NCBI GenBank assembly: GCA_025457915.1
Contig: JALOTL010000005.1
Coordinates: 68,852-132,851, forward strand
Length of the DNA: 64,000 nt
Origin: Spirochaetota bacterium
GTDB taxonomy: Bacteria; Spirochaetota; UBA4802; UBA5550
Reading direction: 5' to 3'
This document shows, piece by piece, positions 1-9,935 of this stretch. Made by a program: the position numbers and the translations under genes. The notes under the pieces were generated by a model that saw only the letters and a program-made list of their open reading frames with translations, was not told the DNA's origin and searched no databases. Position 1 is the stretch's first letter, and every line of letters begins with the position of its first letter.

Positions 1-203
1 GGAATCAGTTCAAGGTCAATTCTCGCGGGGGTCTCCTTTTTCGGACGGTAAAGCTTAGCCAGTTCGAAGAACCTTGAGTCCCTGATGTCGGCCTGTCCGG
101 GAATGGGTTTTTTATGGTCGGCGGCCGCCGCCGGGGCGCCGGTAAGAAGCCCGAAGAGGGTTCTTTTCCCGGTCTGGGGCAGTCCTATAAGTCCCAGCTT
201 CAT
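1..203 (-). CDS. ychF: YchF/Obg-like ATPase, 5' part (runs off the window start)
   Basis: Not in ORF track. Manual translation from the ATG at 203: [22 protein letters not shown]...[26 protein letters not shown], matching the YchF N-terminus (G1 P-loop, D.R...L...Y.PKK.TPA). ATG overlaps the MCP stop (ATGA). Confidence 0.75.
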   Translation of the reverse strand, partial: MKLGLIGLPQTGKRTLFGLLTGAPAAAADHKKPIPGQADIRDSRFFELAKLYRPKKETPARIDLELI

Positions 204-1759
204 TCAATTGCCGTTTCCTGGGTAAGGTCGTCAAGTTCCCTGATGATATCATTTATCGCCTTGGAGGAATCGCTTATTTTATGAGACAGGGAGACGATTT
301 CCTGGGCGGTTTTAGCTATGTCCATGGTGGTCTTGCTGGATTCGTCGGTCGAGATCTTCTGTTCATTGGTCGAGTTTTCTATGGTCTTGCTGGACTCGTG
401 GATCTTCACGTTAAGGTTTTTAATGGTCTTTATCGTGACCCCTATGTCGTTGATGAGGTCGCCGACCTGGGTTATCTCTTTCCTTATGAGCTTTATCGCC
501 TCGTTCAGCTTGTTGATTATGGCCGTTGACTGTTCAATTGATTTGTTGCTCTCGTCGATCAGGAACTGGTTTTCATGGATTATTTTTTCGATTTCCTTTG
601 CGTTGAGGGTCGTCGCGTCGGCAAGTTTTGAAATTTCGTCTGCGACCACGGCGAATCCCTTTCCATATTCGCCCGCCCTTGCGGCCTCGATCGCCGCGTT
701 CAATGAAAGCAGGTTCACCTTGTCGGCTATATCGTTGATGACCTGTACGAAGTTGGACATCTCGAGGCTCTTGTTTTTCAGTATGGTGAACTTGTCCTTA
801 GTGAGGTTTATCTGGCCCGTCGAGTTTTTCGAATGCTCGGTGACCTCGTTAAGCCTGTTTATGATCTCAACCGAGCTCACCTGGACCTTGTCGTTGACGG
901 ATTTCAGGTCGTTCACGGACTCCACGGTTATCTCGAGCTCCTGGTAAAGGGACCTTGCTATGGCCGAGATTGAATCCGAGTTGGAGGCGAGCTCCTCCAG
1001 GGAGGCGGATATCTGTTCCATCGCCGAAGCCTGGTGCTGCGATATGTCGTTCATATCGACGGATATCTTGTCCTGCTCGCCGGCCGAGAATTTCAGCACC
1101 TCTATGGAATTTATAATGGCCTTGACCAGGTGGCGGAGGCTTACCAGCGTGCGCTGTGATTCTTCGTGGGTCTCTATGGTCATTTTGAGGAGCCTCTTGG
1201 TCGCGCCCGCGCCCGTGGCCGCGCTTATTCCGACCATGAAATAAATGATGTATCTGACAAGGAGGTTGCTCGCCGGCCCTTCCGGTATGAGCTTCGGGTT
1301 CATCACCAAAATTACGGTCTGTGTGACTACTGCAACAAAAAGGGTGAAAATCGTTATTCCCATGTCGAAATAGAATACGCTCAGGGCCATGGCTATATAG
1401 GCCACTGCAAAGAGCTGGTTCGCGCCGAAGAATGTGTATTCAAAAATCCTTAGTGTTATCAATATGCCCATAGTGGTAATGTATCCGGAAGCTTTTTTGC
1501 CCCTGAAAGCCCTTGCTATGAGCATGGTTATTACTAGAATTGTACTGCAGACGACAAACTCGACCAGGATATCGAAATAGGTAAGGTACTGGGAACCCTT
1601 GCCTGTGAATTTGATCGCGGTAACGGCAAAATTGGCCAGTAAGAATATGACAAGAAAGGCGTAGATCTGCCTTTTGTTGTTGGCTATTATCACATCGCTG
1701 AAGATCCTTGATTTGCTGAGATCTTCGTTATTCATCTGGTGTTCTTTTTTTTCGTCCAT
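200..1759 (-). CDS. Methyl-accepting chemotaxis protein with multi-TM N-terminus
   Basis: Signalling hairpin [37 protein letters not shown]; about 5-6 hydrophobic helices at the N-terminus. Confidence 0.95.
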   Translation of the reverse strand: MDEKKEHQMNNEDLSKSRIFSDVIIANNKRQIYAFLVIFLLANFAVTAIKFTGKGSQYLTYFDILVEFVVCSTILVITMLIARAFRGKKASGYITTMGILITLRIFEYTFFGANQLFAVAYIAMALSVFYFDMGITIFTLFVAVVTQTVILVMNPKLIPEGPASNLLVRYIIYFMVGISAATGAGATKRLLKMTIETHEESQRTLVSLRHLVKAIINSIEVLKFSAGEQDKISVDMNDISQHQASAMEQISASLEELASNSDSISAIARSLYQELEITVESVNDLKSVNDKVQVSSVEIINRLNEVTEHSKNSTGQINLTKDKFTILKNKSLEMSNFVQVINDIADKVNLLSLNAAIEAARAGEYGKGFAVVADEISKLADATTLNAKEIEKIIHENQFLIDESNKSIEQSTAIINKLNEAIKLIRKEITQVGDLINDIGVTIKTIKNLNVKIHESSKTIENSTNEQKISTDESSKTTMDIAKTAQEIVSLSHKISDSSKAINDIIRELDDLTQETAIE

Positions 1760-2080
1760 ATATATAAAGTCCCTGTTGTTATTAACGGCAGAGCGGCCAA
1801 AATCCTTTATTCGTGTATTATAGCATTATATTAAATATTTTATATCCGACTGTTCAGTTTTCAAGCATTTTTTAAGCTGCCTTTGATTAATTCAAGGGGT
1901 TTAAAGTTCGTTTTAACACGGTGATCATATTTATGGAATTAACATCGTCGTATCGGTGCGCATGAGAATCATTTATGACCGCATCAAAATGTATCTAAAT
2001 TGATATAAAAATATGATTTTATTTTGTTGACAATATGCCGCAATTATTTGAAATTTCCGGGCGATTGATATAAGAATGTA

Positions 2081-3343
2081 ATGGAAAAGGTAATAACAAC
2101 AAAAAAAATTCCCTTTAGCGGGAAACAACTGGGGGAAATAATCTCAAGATATCCCACGCCCTTTCATATCTATGATGAAAAAGCTATTGTGGACAATGCC
2201 GTCAGGCTGAAAAAGGCGTTTTCCTGGGCGCATGGATTTCGGGAATACTTCGCGGTCAAGGCCCTTCCCAATCCCCATATAATGAAGATTTTCAGCGATA
2301 TGGGTTTCGGGGCGGACTGCAGCTCCATGGCGGAACTGATTCTTGCCGAAAAAGTGGGAATCAGCGGGGAATCGGTTTTTTTCAGTTCTAACGATACTCC
2401 CGCTGACGAATACGTCAAGGCCGCAGGCATGGGCGCGATAATTAATCTCGATGATATAACCCATGTGGGATTTCTCGAAGAAAACGCCGGACTGCCCGAC
2501 CTGATATCCTTCAGATACAATCCCGGGCCCCTGAGGGACGGAAATGCCATCATCGGCAAACCCGAGGAAGCCAAGTACGGACTTACCAGGGAACAGCTTT
2601 GCCGGGCATATGAGACCGTGAGGGGCAGGGGGGTAAAAAGATTCGGGCTTCATACAATGGTTGCGTCAAACGAGCTCGATCCGGAATACTTCGTTGATAC
2701 CGCTGAGATGCTGTTCAACCTGCTGCTGGATATCAATTCCGATCTTGGAATAAAGTTTGAGTTTATAAACCTTGGCGGAGGATTCGGCATACCTTACAGG
2801 CCGGAACAGAAACCGCTCGATATTGAATATATTTCTGAAAAAATAAAGGCCCTTTACGATGAAAAAATATCCGGTAACGGACTTCATCCTGTCAGGATCT
2901 ACATGGAAAGCGGAAGGATGATGACCGGGCCGTACGGATACCTGGCAACAAGGGTGATACACAAGAAGGAAACCTATAAGAATTACATAGGGCTTGATTC
3001 CAGCATGGCCAACCTGATGAGGCCCGGCATATACGGCGCGTATCACCACATAACGGTCCTCGGCAAGGAGGACTGGCCGTGCGATCACGTATACGACGTT
3101 ACCGGATCACTTTGCGAAAACAACGACAAGTTCGCGATCGACAGGCCGCTTCCCGAAATCGAGATCGGGGACATACTCGTGATACACGATACCGGCGCGC
3201 ACGGCCATGCAATGGGCTTCAACTATAACGGCAAGCTCAGATCCGCGGAGCTGCTTCTCAGGCCGGACGGCAGCGTGAAGCTTATACGCAGGGCCGAGAC
3301 CATCGAAGATTACTTCGCGACGCTGGATTTCGGAGGACTTTAA
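2081..3343 (+). CDS. lysA: Diaminopimelate decarboxylase
   Basis: FAVKA PLP lysine, NLGGGFG, ESGR, GSLCENND, TGAHG motifs. Confidence 0.93.
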   Translation: MEKVITTKKIPFSGKQLGEIISRYPTPFHIYDEKAIVDNAVRLKKAFSWAHGFREYFAVKALPNPHIMKIFSDMGFGADCSSMAELILAEKVGISGESVFFSSNDTPADEYVKAAGMGAIINLDDITHVGFLEENAGLPDLISFRYNPGPLRDGNAIIGKPEEAKYGLTREQLCRAYETVRGRGVKRFGLHTMVASNELDPEYFVDTAEMLFNLLLDINSDLGIKFEFINLGGGFGIPYRPEQKPLDIEYISEKIKALYDEKISGNGLHPVRIYMESGRMMTGPYGYLATRVIHKKETYKNYIGLDSSMANLMRPGIYGAYHHITVLGKEDWPCDHVYDVTGSLCENNDKFAIDRPLPEIEIGDILVIHDTGAHGHAMGFNYNGKLRSAELLLRPDGSVKLIRRAETIEDYFATLDFGGL

Positions 3344-5016
3344 TCGTTTCCGGTAACCTGGAGGTATTCTTTAATCTTGTCCCTTATTGACTGCGGCAGC
3401 TTGATCCCTATGGCCTTCAGCCGGGCCTCGTACTTGTCGAATGACCTGAGGTGCTGCGACGTGGTCACGAAAATCTTGAAATAGGACCTTATGCTTCCTT
3501 CCATCTCCTTCCTGAACTCGATATTTTCATTGAGAATGTCCTCGATCGGTGCTATGACCTTGTAATTGATGGGCCTGCATATTGACCTGTAGGCGACGAA
3601 CCTCTGGGTCACCTCGCATTCGTAATTCTGCGTTATAATGCTTTGCTCGACAATGTTCAGGTCTATGCAGTCTATTACCTCGAACTCGTAGCTGTCCCCG
3701 AGGCTGTCCTTTATCATCTGGACTGCCTTTCTGTAGTAATCGCACTGCTCATACAGGTCCGGGCACTTGGCCCCGCATCGAAGATAAAGGACTATGTCTA
3801 TATCCGAGCTTTTCTGCGATATGCCCAGGTTGACGGATCCGACGATGTCCATGGCTATGTTGTCGAATTTGCCCTTCATCAGCTCCACCGCCTTTTCGAG
3901 TTTGTCCAGCCTTTCCTCCGTTTCCTGGGTCTGGAACATGCGGTAGAAGTTTTTTATGTCCTTGAAGAGTTCAATCTCGGGGATGTGGTGGTATTTGTTT
4001 ATTTTAAGGTCGTAGTTCTCTTCCAGCTTCCTGGCGTTGTGCCTCTCGAGGTCTATGATGTCTTCCGCCCACTTCCCGTTTTTCCTGGTGTTCTCAACGA
4101 TGTCGTGGATCCTGTCGTTGGCCAGCTTTTTAAGCAGCACCCTTTCGATCTGGCCGTTTCCGGCGGTTTCGATCTGGTAGAAGAACCCGCCTTCGGAAAC
4201 CTCGCCCTTTATCGTGGTGACCTCTCCGAAATTGGACGGGTTGAGATGGATGCATCCCTCCACTTCCTTGAAGCCCCAGTCGTTGTGTATGTGGCCGGTG
4301 AGAAGCAGCTTTACCGGGTTGTTGTCGCAGAAGGTGCGCAGCGCGGGCGATCCGGAGGGCCCCTTGAACGAGAGCCTGTCGTGAATTCCGTGAGCCGGCT
4401 GATGAGCGACTATGATGTCCGGCTTCACCGCCTTGAAGAACATGTACATCTCGTTTTTCCGGTCGTTTACCCCAATGCCGCCGTTGTAGCTCACTATGTA
4501 TCTCTGGGGTATTCCCATGGTCCATACGTCTGCCCCGCCGTATCCCGCCATTTTTATTCCGTCAAGATCGTGCCAGTGCAGGTGGAGGTCCCTCTCGTGC
4601 AGGGATGTGTATTTGAGGTCCATGTCGTAGTTCCCGGGAAGGGCGAACAGCCTCGCGGACTGCTTGAGTGATATCATGTTTTCAAGGACCTTGTATTTCT
4701 GCTGCATCACCCTCCTTGCCCTGATCGTGTACTGCTGGTAATCGCTGCCCTTCTCTATGATTTCCTCTGGGACGTTGGGGAAGTCCAGGAGGTTGTCCAC
4801 GAAATCCTCCAGCACCATGTCTTCCTTGTCCATTTTTTTTCTCAGGTTTTTCAGATAGGTCTGCAGGTCGTGATACTGGATCGCCGTATCTATGTTGTAA
4901 AAAGGTATGTCTATCAGGTCGCCGGCAATTATGTATACGTCCGCGACCGTTTCGAACAAAAGAATGGAAACCTGACTGAATGAGCCGTGGATGTCTGTGA
5001 AATATATGATTTTCAT
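3340..5016 (-). CDS. Calcineurin-like metallophosphoesterase fused to a Pol-beta-type nucleotidyltransferase domain
   Basis: N-terminal TDIHG, AGDLID, PGNYD, AHQP, GHIH; C-terminal VGSVNLGISQKSSDIDIV (GS...DxD) plus downstream VIDCID. Confidence 0.8.
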   Translation of the reverse strand: MKIIYFTDIHGSFSQVSILLFETVADVYIIAGDLIDIPFYNIDTAIQYHDLQTYLKNLRKKMDKEDMVLEDFVDNLLDFPNVPEEIIEKGSDYQQYTIRARRVMQQKYKVLENMISLKQSARLFALPGNYDMDLKYTSLHERDLHLHWHDLDGIKMAGYGGADVWTMGIPQRYIVSYNGGIGVNDRKNEMYMFFKAVKPDIIVAHQPAHGIHDRLSFKGPSGSPALRTFCDNNPVKLLLTGHIHNDWGFKEVEGCIHLNPSNFGEVTTIKGEVSEGGFFYQIETAGNGQIERVLLKKLANDRIHDIVENTRKNGKWAEDIIDLERHNARKLEENYDLKINKYHHIPEIELFKDIKNFYRMFQTQETEERLDKLEKAVELMKGKFDNIAMDIVGSVNLGISQKSSDIDIVLYLRCGAKCPDLYEQCDYYRKAVQMIKDSLGDSYEFEVIDCIDLNIVEQSIITQNYECEVTQRFVAYRSICRPINYKVIAPIEDILNENIEFRKEMEGSIRSYFKIFVTTSQHLRSFDKYEARLKAIGIKLPQSIRDKIKEYLQVTGND

Positions 5017-5170
5017 TTTTTAAGCGCCTGTTTTCATCAATAACAGAATGTGTTTTTAAAAGTGATGCGTCATTTATTCGTCCTATAACTTAATCTAATT
5101 AGAATATCCATATTTATCAAAAAAGAATCAAAAAAACATTTTAAAAACAAAATTTATCGTTCCCGGGAAT

Positions 5171-5200
5171 AAAAAAACGCCCTGCAGGGCGTTTTTTTTT
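5171..5200. terminator. Intrinsic terminator (bidirectional form) downstream of the 5222-5788 gene
   Basis: AAAAAAACGCCC-TGCA-GGGCGTTTTTTTTT. Confidence 0.8.
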
Positions 5201-5221
5201 ATAAAAGATATATTGTAAAAT

Positions 5222-5788
5222 TTATTTTTCGCCCATTTTATACACAACCCCGAGGTTCAGATGAAAAGATACGTTTCCGCCGTGGGCGTAATATCCGCCG
5301 GCTCCTCTCATCAGGTAGCCGCCCCTCAATGCCCCGTCGACCAGGAATGCGGCTGATTCGTTGATATTGATGTTGACGCCGATCGCGAAACCGAGGCCCG
5401 CGTTGACGCCGTGGAAGCCGTCTTTAAAACCAACTCCGACATGAAACTGCGGGCCGAGCCAGAACCTGTAGCTTTTCGTCTGGGACATGGTGAATCCAAA
5501 GGTGTGAACGGTCCTGAACATGAAAGCGGTATAGCTGGCAGTTCCCCCGTCTGTATCCATTCTGTCATTCCATGCCTCCAGCCCCAGGTTGAGACGGTAG
5601 TTGAAATCTTTTTTAGTGACATTGGTGTCGAACACAAGGCCGCCGCCGCCATTAATTGCGAAAGTGTCCGGGCTGAAGTTTTTACTGCCTCCTACTGTGC
5701 CGTAAATCCCGATGCCTGAAGCCATTGCGGAATTGGCAAGGAGTAGAATAAATATGAATGAGACGGAAAGTATAAAGAATCTTATCAT
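5222..5788 (-). CDS. Small outer-membrane beta-barrel protein
   Basis: Signal peptide (..ANSAMA), Gly/aromatic amphipathic strands, terminal LNLGVVYKM strand. Confidence 0.7.
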   Translation of the reverse strand: MIRFFILSVSFIFILLLANSAMASGIGIYGTVGGSKNFSPDTFAINGGGGLVFDTNVTKKDFNYRLNLGLEAWNDRMDTDGGTASYTAFMFRTVHTFGFTMSQTKSYRFWLGPQFHVGVGFKDGFHGVNAGLGFAIGVNININESAAFLVDGALRGGYLMRGAGGYYAHGGNVSFHLNLGVVYKMGEK

Positions 5789-6000
5789 ATATCCTCCATA
5801 TTTTTTTTATATTTAATTTTTAACTGTATTGAATATTGAATAATTATTGTCAATAATTAAAACACTCAATGACAACCCGGTTCAGATGATCGCATGTTTA
5901 TCATTATCATCAGGGGCGGTTATTATTTTTATAAATTTTTTTATCGTTACGACATGTCCGGAATTGATATACTTTTTAAGCTAAATTTTTTATTTTTTTA

Positions 6001-6054
6001 TTGACGCAAATGGTATATATTATTACTATATCAATATATCTTGATATAGTAATA
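6001..6054 (+). promoter_or_regulatory. Sigma70 promoter overlapped by a palindromic operator (putative SahR autoregulatory site)
   Basis: TTGACG(6001)-17 nt-TACTAT(6024); perfect 14-bp inverted repeat TATTACTATATCAA-tatatc-TTGATATAGTAATA at 6021-6054. Confidence 0.75.
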
Positions 6055-6055
6055 T

Positions 6056-6973
6056 ATGAAGCTGATTAATTTATTCAAGGCTGTTTCAGATGAAACGAGG
6101 TTCAGGCTGCTGAATCTTTTGTCCCGCCACGAACTCAATGTCAATGAGATCGTTGATTTGATGGGGATGGGACAGTCCAGAATATCAAGGCATCTGAAGA
6201 TCCTTACCGAAGGCGGATTGCTGAAATCAAGGAAAGACGGGCTCTGGGTTTTTTACAGCGCCGTGGATGAAGGAAACGGGAGGCGTATTCTTGACGCGAT
6301 CCTGCCGATCATCGGGTCCGAGAGGGAGATGTCCGATGACCTGCGCAGGCTTGAGGATTTTCTCAAGGAAGGGTCCCGGATAAAGGAAAGATTTTTCGAT
6401 GAACTGGCCCCGGACTGGGACAGGGTGAAGGGCGAAATCACCGGCGGTCTTGATCTTGCAGGCGAGGTGGTGTCGAGGATAAGGGAATGCGGTACGGCGG
6501 CCGACCTGGGATGCGGTACGGGCCATCTCCTTCCCTGTTTGAAAAAGAAGGCCGGCAGGGTGATAGGCGTGGACAAGTCCCCCAGAATGCTCGAGGAGGC
6601 GAGGGCGAGGCTCTCTTCGAATGGTAGCGGCATCGAGCTCAGGCTCGGAGAGTTAGAGCACCTCCCGATGAGGGACGGCGAATCGGACCTCGCGGTCATA
6701 AACATGGTGCTCCATCATCTCGAGACGCCTTCCGAGGCGATAAACGAGGCGGCCAGAGTGATAAAAAGCGGCGACTCGCTTGTAATCGTCGAGCTTGACA
6801 AGCACGGGAACGAAGAGATGAGAAAAAGGTTCGGCCACAGATGGCTCGGATTCACGGTCAATGAGGTCTCGAGATGGCTTGCCGGGGCCGGGCTGAAGCT
6901 TAAAAACACGGTTTCACTTGATGCGAAAAAGGAAATGAAGATAAATCTGTATTTTTCTGAGAAAAGGTCCTGA
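6056..6973 (+). CDS. sahR: ArsR-family HTH plus SAM-binding methyltransferase-fold regulator (SahR-like)
   Basis: ArsR HTH ([25 protein letters not shown]) fused to a DLGCGTG domain; directly upstream of ahcY. Confidence 0.85.
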   Translation: MKLINLFKAVSDETRFRLLNLLSRHELNVNEIVDLMGMGQSRISRHLKILTEGGLLKSRKDGLWVFYSAVDEGNGRRILDAILPIIGSEREMSDDLRRLEDFLKEGSRIKERFFDELAPDWDRVKGEITGGLDLAGEVVSRIRECGTAADLGCGTGHLLPCLKKKAGRVIGVDKSPRMLEEARARLSSNGSGIELRLGELEHLPMRDGESDLAVINMVLHHLETPSEAINEAARVIKSGDSLVIVELDKHGNEEMRKRFGHRWLGFTVNEVSRWLAGAGLKLKNTVSLDAKKEMKINLYFSEKRS

Positions 6974-7053
6974 ATAAAACGTATGTTCAGGCGGGATACC
7001 GGAATGCATTAGCGCGCTTGGAATATTATGATATTATTATTATGGAGGAAAAA

Positions 7054-8496
7054 ATGAACATTAAAATTTCAAACGGGATACTTGAGCTTGACAGGGGCAT
7101 CAAATACAGTGTTGCCGATATGGATCTTGCGGATTGGGGCAGGAAGGAGATCACGCTTGCCGAAGCTGAAATGCCGGGTCTTATGTCGGTGAGGAAGAAA
7201 TACGGTCCGCAAAAACCCTTGAAGGGCCTCAGGGTCGCCGGCAGCCTGCACATGACGATACAGACGGCCGTTCTCATTGAAACGCTGAAAGAGCTCGGCG
7301 CGGACGTCAGGTGGGCCTCATGCAACATTTTTTCAACGCAGGACCATGCGGCGGCGGCCATTGCCGCGGCCGAAACATCGGCGGTTTTCGCCTGGAAGGG
7401 TGAGTCCCTGGAGGAATACTGGTGGTGCACGGAACAGGCCCTTACATGGCCGGACGGTTCGGGACCGAACCTCATAGTGGACGACGGCGGCGACGCAACG
7501 CTGATGATTCACTGGGGCGTGAAGATAGAAAAAGACCCCTCTCTTCTCGAAAAGAAGTACGATAACAAGGAATTCAGCATCATCATGGACAGGTTGAGGG
7601 ACGGATACAAAAAGAATCCGAAAAAATGGACCTCGATCGTAAAGGAAGTCAAGGGTGTTTCGGAGGAGACGACAACCGGGGTGCACAGGCTGTATCAAAT
7701 GGCGAAATCCGGCGAACTTCTTTTCCCGGCCATAAACGTAAATGACTCGGTCACCAAGTCCAAATTCGACAACCTCTACGGCTGCAGGGAGTCGCTTGCG
7801 GACGGCATCAAGAGGGCGACCGACATAATGGTGGCCGGAAAGATCGTAATCGTATGCGGATACGGAGATGTAGGCAAGGGCTGCGCCCAGTCCATGAGGG
7901 GCTTCGGCGCGAGGGTCCTGGTCACGGAAATCGATCCAATCTGCGCCCTACAGGCCGCCATGGAGGGATACGAGGTTACGACGATGGAAGATGCGGTTTC
8001 CGAAGCCGACATATTCGTAACGGCAACGGGCAACCTGGACGTAATCTCCGGCGATCACATGGAAAGGATGAAGGACGGAGCGATAGTCTGCAACATCGGC
8101 CATTTTGACAACGAGATAGACATGAAGTATCTCGAGAGCAATAAAGCATGCAGAAAGGAAACCATCAAGCCGCAGGTCGACAAGTGGACGCTCAAGTCCG
8201 GCAGGTCAATAATCGTTCTCGCAGAGGGAAGACTGGTGAATCTCGGCTGCGCGACCGGTCATCCAAGCTTCGTGATGTCGAACAGCTTTACAAACCAGAG
8301 TCTGGCGCAGATAGAACTGGCCACTAAAAAACATGATATTAAAGTATATACCCTTTCAAAGGAGCTTGATGAGGAGGTCGCAAGGCTTCACCTGGGCAAG
8401 CTCGGGGTAAAGCTCACCGCACTTACGCCGAGACAGGCTGAATATATCGGCGTGAAAGTTGAGGGACCGTACAAACCCGATCATTACAGATACTAA
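7054..8496 (+). CDS. ahcY: Adenosylhomocysteinase
   Basis: [50 protein letters not shown]; start set at ATG 7054 after a GGAGG SD. Confidence 0.97.
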   Translation: MNIKISNGILELDRGIKYSVADMDLADWGRKEITLAEAEMPGLMSVRKKYGPQKPLKGLRVAGSLHMTIQTAVLIETLKELGADVRWASCNIFSTQDHAAAAIAAAETSAVFAWKGESLEEYWWCTEQALTWPDGSGPNLIVDDGGDATLMIHWGVKIEKDPSLLEKKYDNKEFSIIMDRLRDGYKKNPKKWTSIVKEVKGVSEETTTGVHRLYQMAKSGELLFPAINVNDSVTKSKFDNLYGCRESLADGIKRATDIMVAGKIVIVCGYGDVGKGCAQSMRGFGARVLVTEIDPICALQAAMEGYEVTTMEDAVSEADIFVTATGNLDVISGDHMERMKDGAIVCNIGHFDNEIDMKYLESNKACRKETIKPQVDKWTLKSGRSIIVLAEGRLVNLGCATGHPSFVMSNSFTNQSLAQIELATKKHDIKVYTLSKELDEEVARLHLGKLGVKLTALTPRQAEYIGVKVEGPYKPDHYRY

Positions 8497-8504
8497 AAAA
8501 ACGC

Positions 8505-8541
8505 AAAAAAATCCCGCCCCGTCAGGGCGGGATTTTTTTTT
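8505..8541. terminator. Bidirectional intrinsic terminator
   Basis: AAAAAAATCCCGCCC-CGTCA-GGGCGGGATTTTTTTTT between convergent genes. Confidence 0.85.
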
Positions 8542-8599
8542 CTATGAAAATTACATCCCGTAATTTTTTTCCGGAATGCGGACAAAGGGGATAACTGCT

Positions 8600-9052
8600 T
8601 CATTTAAGCTTCGGGAGATACTTTTCAAGGTCCTTTGCTTTTACCTTGGAGCCCTTGATTTTTTCGAGTCCGTCAAGGTCGAATTTTAGCAGGAAATCCC
8701 TGAGTTTATCTGTGTTCTGGTAATCCTTGTTTGAGCTGTCGGCTATCAGCCTGATTTCCATCCTGTCATTGACAAGGATCCATATGAAATGATCCCTGCT
8801 GATGCTGGCCGGGTGTTTGCCGATTTTATCCGACGAGTTTTTATATCCCTTGATGATGTTGTCATTTCCTTTCTGATCGAAAACCTGGAACCACATTACT
8901 GTTTTCTTGTCCGGTTTTTTTACAACGTTAACCTGAAGCCAGTCGCCGGTGATCATGCCCGAATACTCAAGATCCGCAAGGCCCGCCTTTTTGCATGAGA
9001 AGAGAGAAAATGCCAGTGCCAGCATCATAAAATACAAAGCTGTTTTTTTCAT
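8600..9052 (-). CDS. Hypothetical lipoprotein
   Basis: Lipobox LFS-C after a hydrophobic signal; GGAGG SD. Confidence 0.75.
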   Translation of the reverse strand: MKKTALYFMMLALAFSLFSCKKAGLADLEYSGMITGDWLQVNVVKKPDKKTVMWFQVFDQKGNDNIIKGYKNSSDKIGKHPASISRDHFIWILVNDRMEIRLIADSSNKDYQNTDKLRDFLLKFDLDGLEKIKGSKVKAKDLEKYLPKLK

Positions 9053-9306
9053 GGTTCCTCCATTCGGATGAATTACCGTTATTACGGCAGTTTTTTAAAT
9101 AATCATAAACCAGGGCTGATATCAATTGATTTTTTCATTATTCCGCATTGCCGAAAGTATCATAACGTTACCACCCATAAATGAAAATTTTTTATTGCAT
9201 TAATAATCACCTTGTTCATATTGCATGAGTGATTTTTCATTTGTTCAGGACATTATCATCTTTTGATGACTTGATTTTGTCTGGTAATTAATTTCAGGGG
9301 TATGTC

Positions 9307-9735
9307 ATGAGACTGTTCGGTTCCGTTTTAATGATTTTTATAATGGGGTGGATTGTGACGTTATCCTGTAATTCAGGCCGGAATTCCGCAAATGATGGTA
9401 CGGTAAAGGAGCATGAACTTCCTGAAAGGGCGCGAAGAGACTGGATGTTGATAAAGAACGAATGGATGAGGAACTGTTATCCGGAATGCATTAAAGAGTT
9501 CGGGCTGAAAATGAAATGTTCAGGATGCGAGTACGTGTTCATAAGGGTGGAACTTTCCGTGGATACTGATGGAAGACTGGCAGGGTACAGGAAAATCAAG
9601 GACAACATATGCGGGAAGAATGCGACAGTATCGCAGGAGGAGTGCCTTTTGAAGCGTTTGAAAGGAATGGTCTTTCCGCGAAGCCTCAGGGGAATGAAAT
9701 TCGAAGCAGTGCTCGGAACAGGGCTTTCGTGCTGA
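9307..9735 (+). CDS. Cys-rich lipoprotein with TonB-C/AgmX-PglI-like C-terminal domain
   Basis: Lipobox TLS-C; CY...ELSVDTDGRL...ECLLKRLKGMVFP pattern. Confidence 0.55.
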   Translation: MRLFGSVLMIFIMGWIVTLSCNSGRNSANDGTVKEHELPERARRDWMLIKNEWMRNCYPECIKEFGLKMKCSGCEYVFIRVELSVDTDGRLAGYRKIKDNICGKNATVSQEECLLKRLKGMVFPRSLRGMKFEAVLGTGLSC

Positions 9736-9935
9736 GAATTATTTTATAGTCCCGTTTTTATATTAAATCAATTTGATCAAATACCCTTCAATTTAAATAA
9801 ATTTGTATGATATAATTTTTATATATATTATATAATATTATATATAAAAAATAATTATATAATCTGAATTTTAATATTGACAAAAAAAAATAGCCTTCTC
9901 ACTTATTCTTTTTTTAACTCTATTGATGCAACAAT

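Noticed and set aside
1945-1980. Sigma28-like promoter for the MCP (minus strand TAAA-N14-ACCGATAC)
   Set aside because: Spacer too short and two mismatches in the -10 element.
3643-4671. 342-aa plus-strand ORF (and similar long antisense ORFs at 30419-31336, 54118-55137, 59685-60515)
   Set aside because: Antisense shadows of well-supported genes; no motifs; expected from codon bias.
5905-5925. ATCAGGGGCGGTTA resembling the end of the nested 110-bp element
   Set aside because: Too short, with no partner end or target duplication visible.
5800-7053. SAM/SAH riboswitch before sahR or ahcY, and lysine riboswitch before lysA
   Set aside because: No conserved aptamer cores seen; leaders are short or AT-rich, and the operator explains sahR-ahcY control.
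9877-9910. A9 tract after TTGAC upstream of the EPS locus as a phase-variable promoter spacer
   Set aside because: No convincing -10 at normal spacing, and A/T homopolymers of 7-9 nt are common throughout this window.
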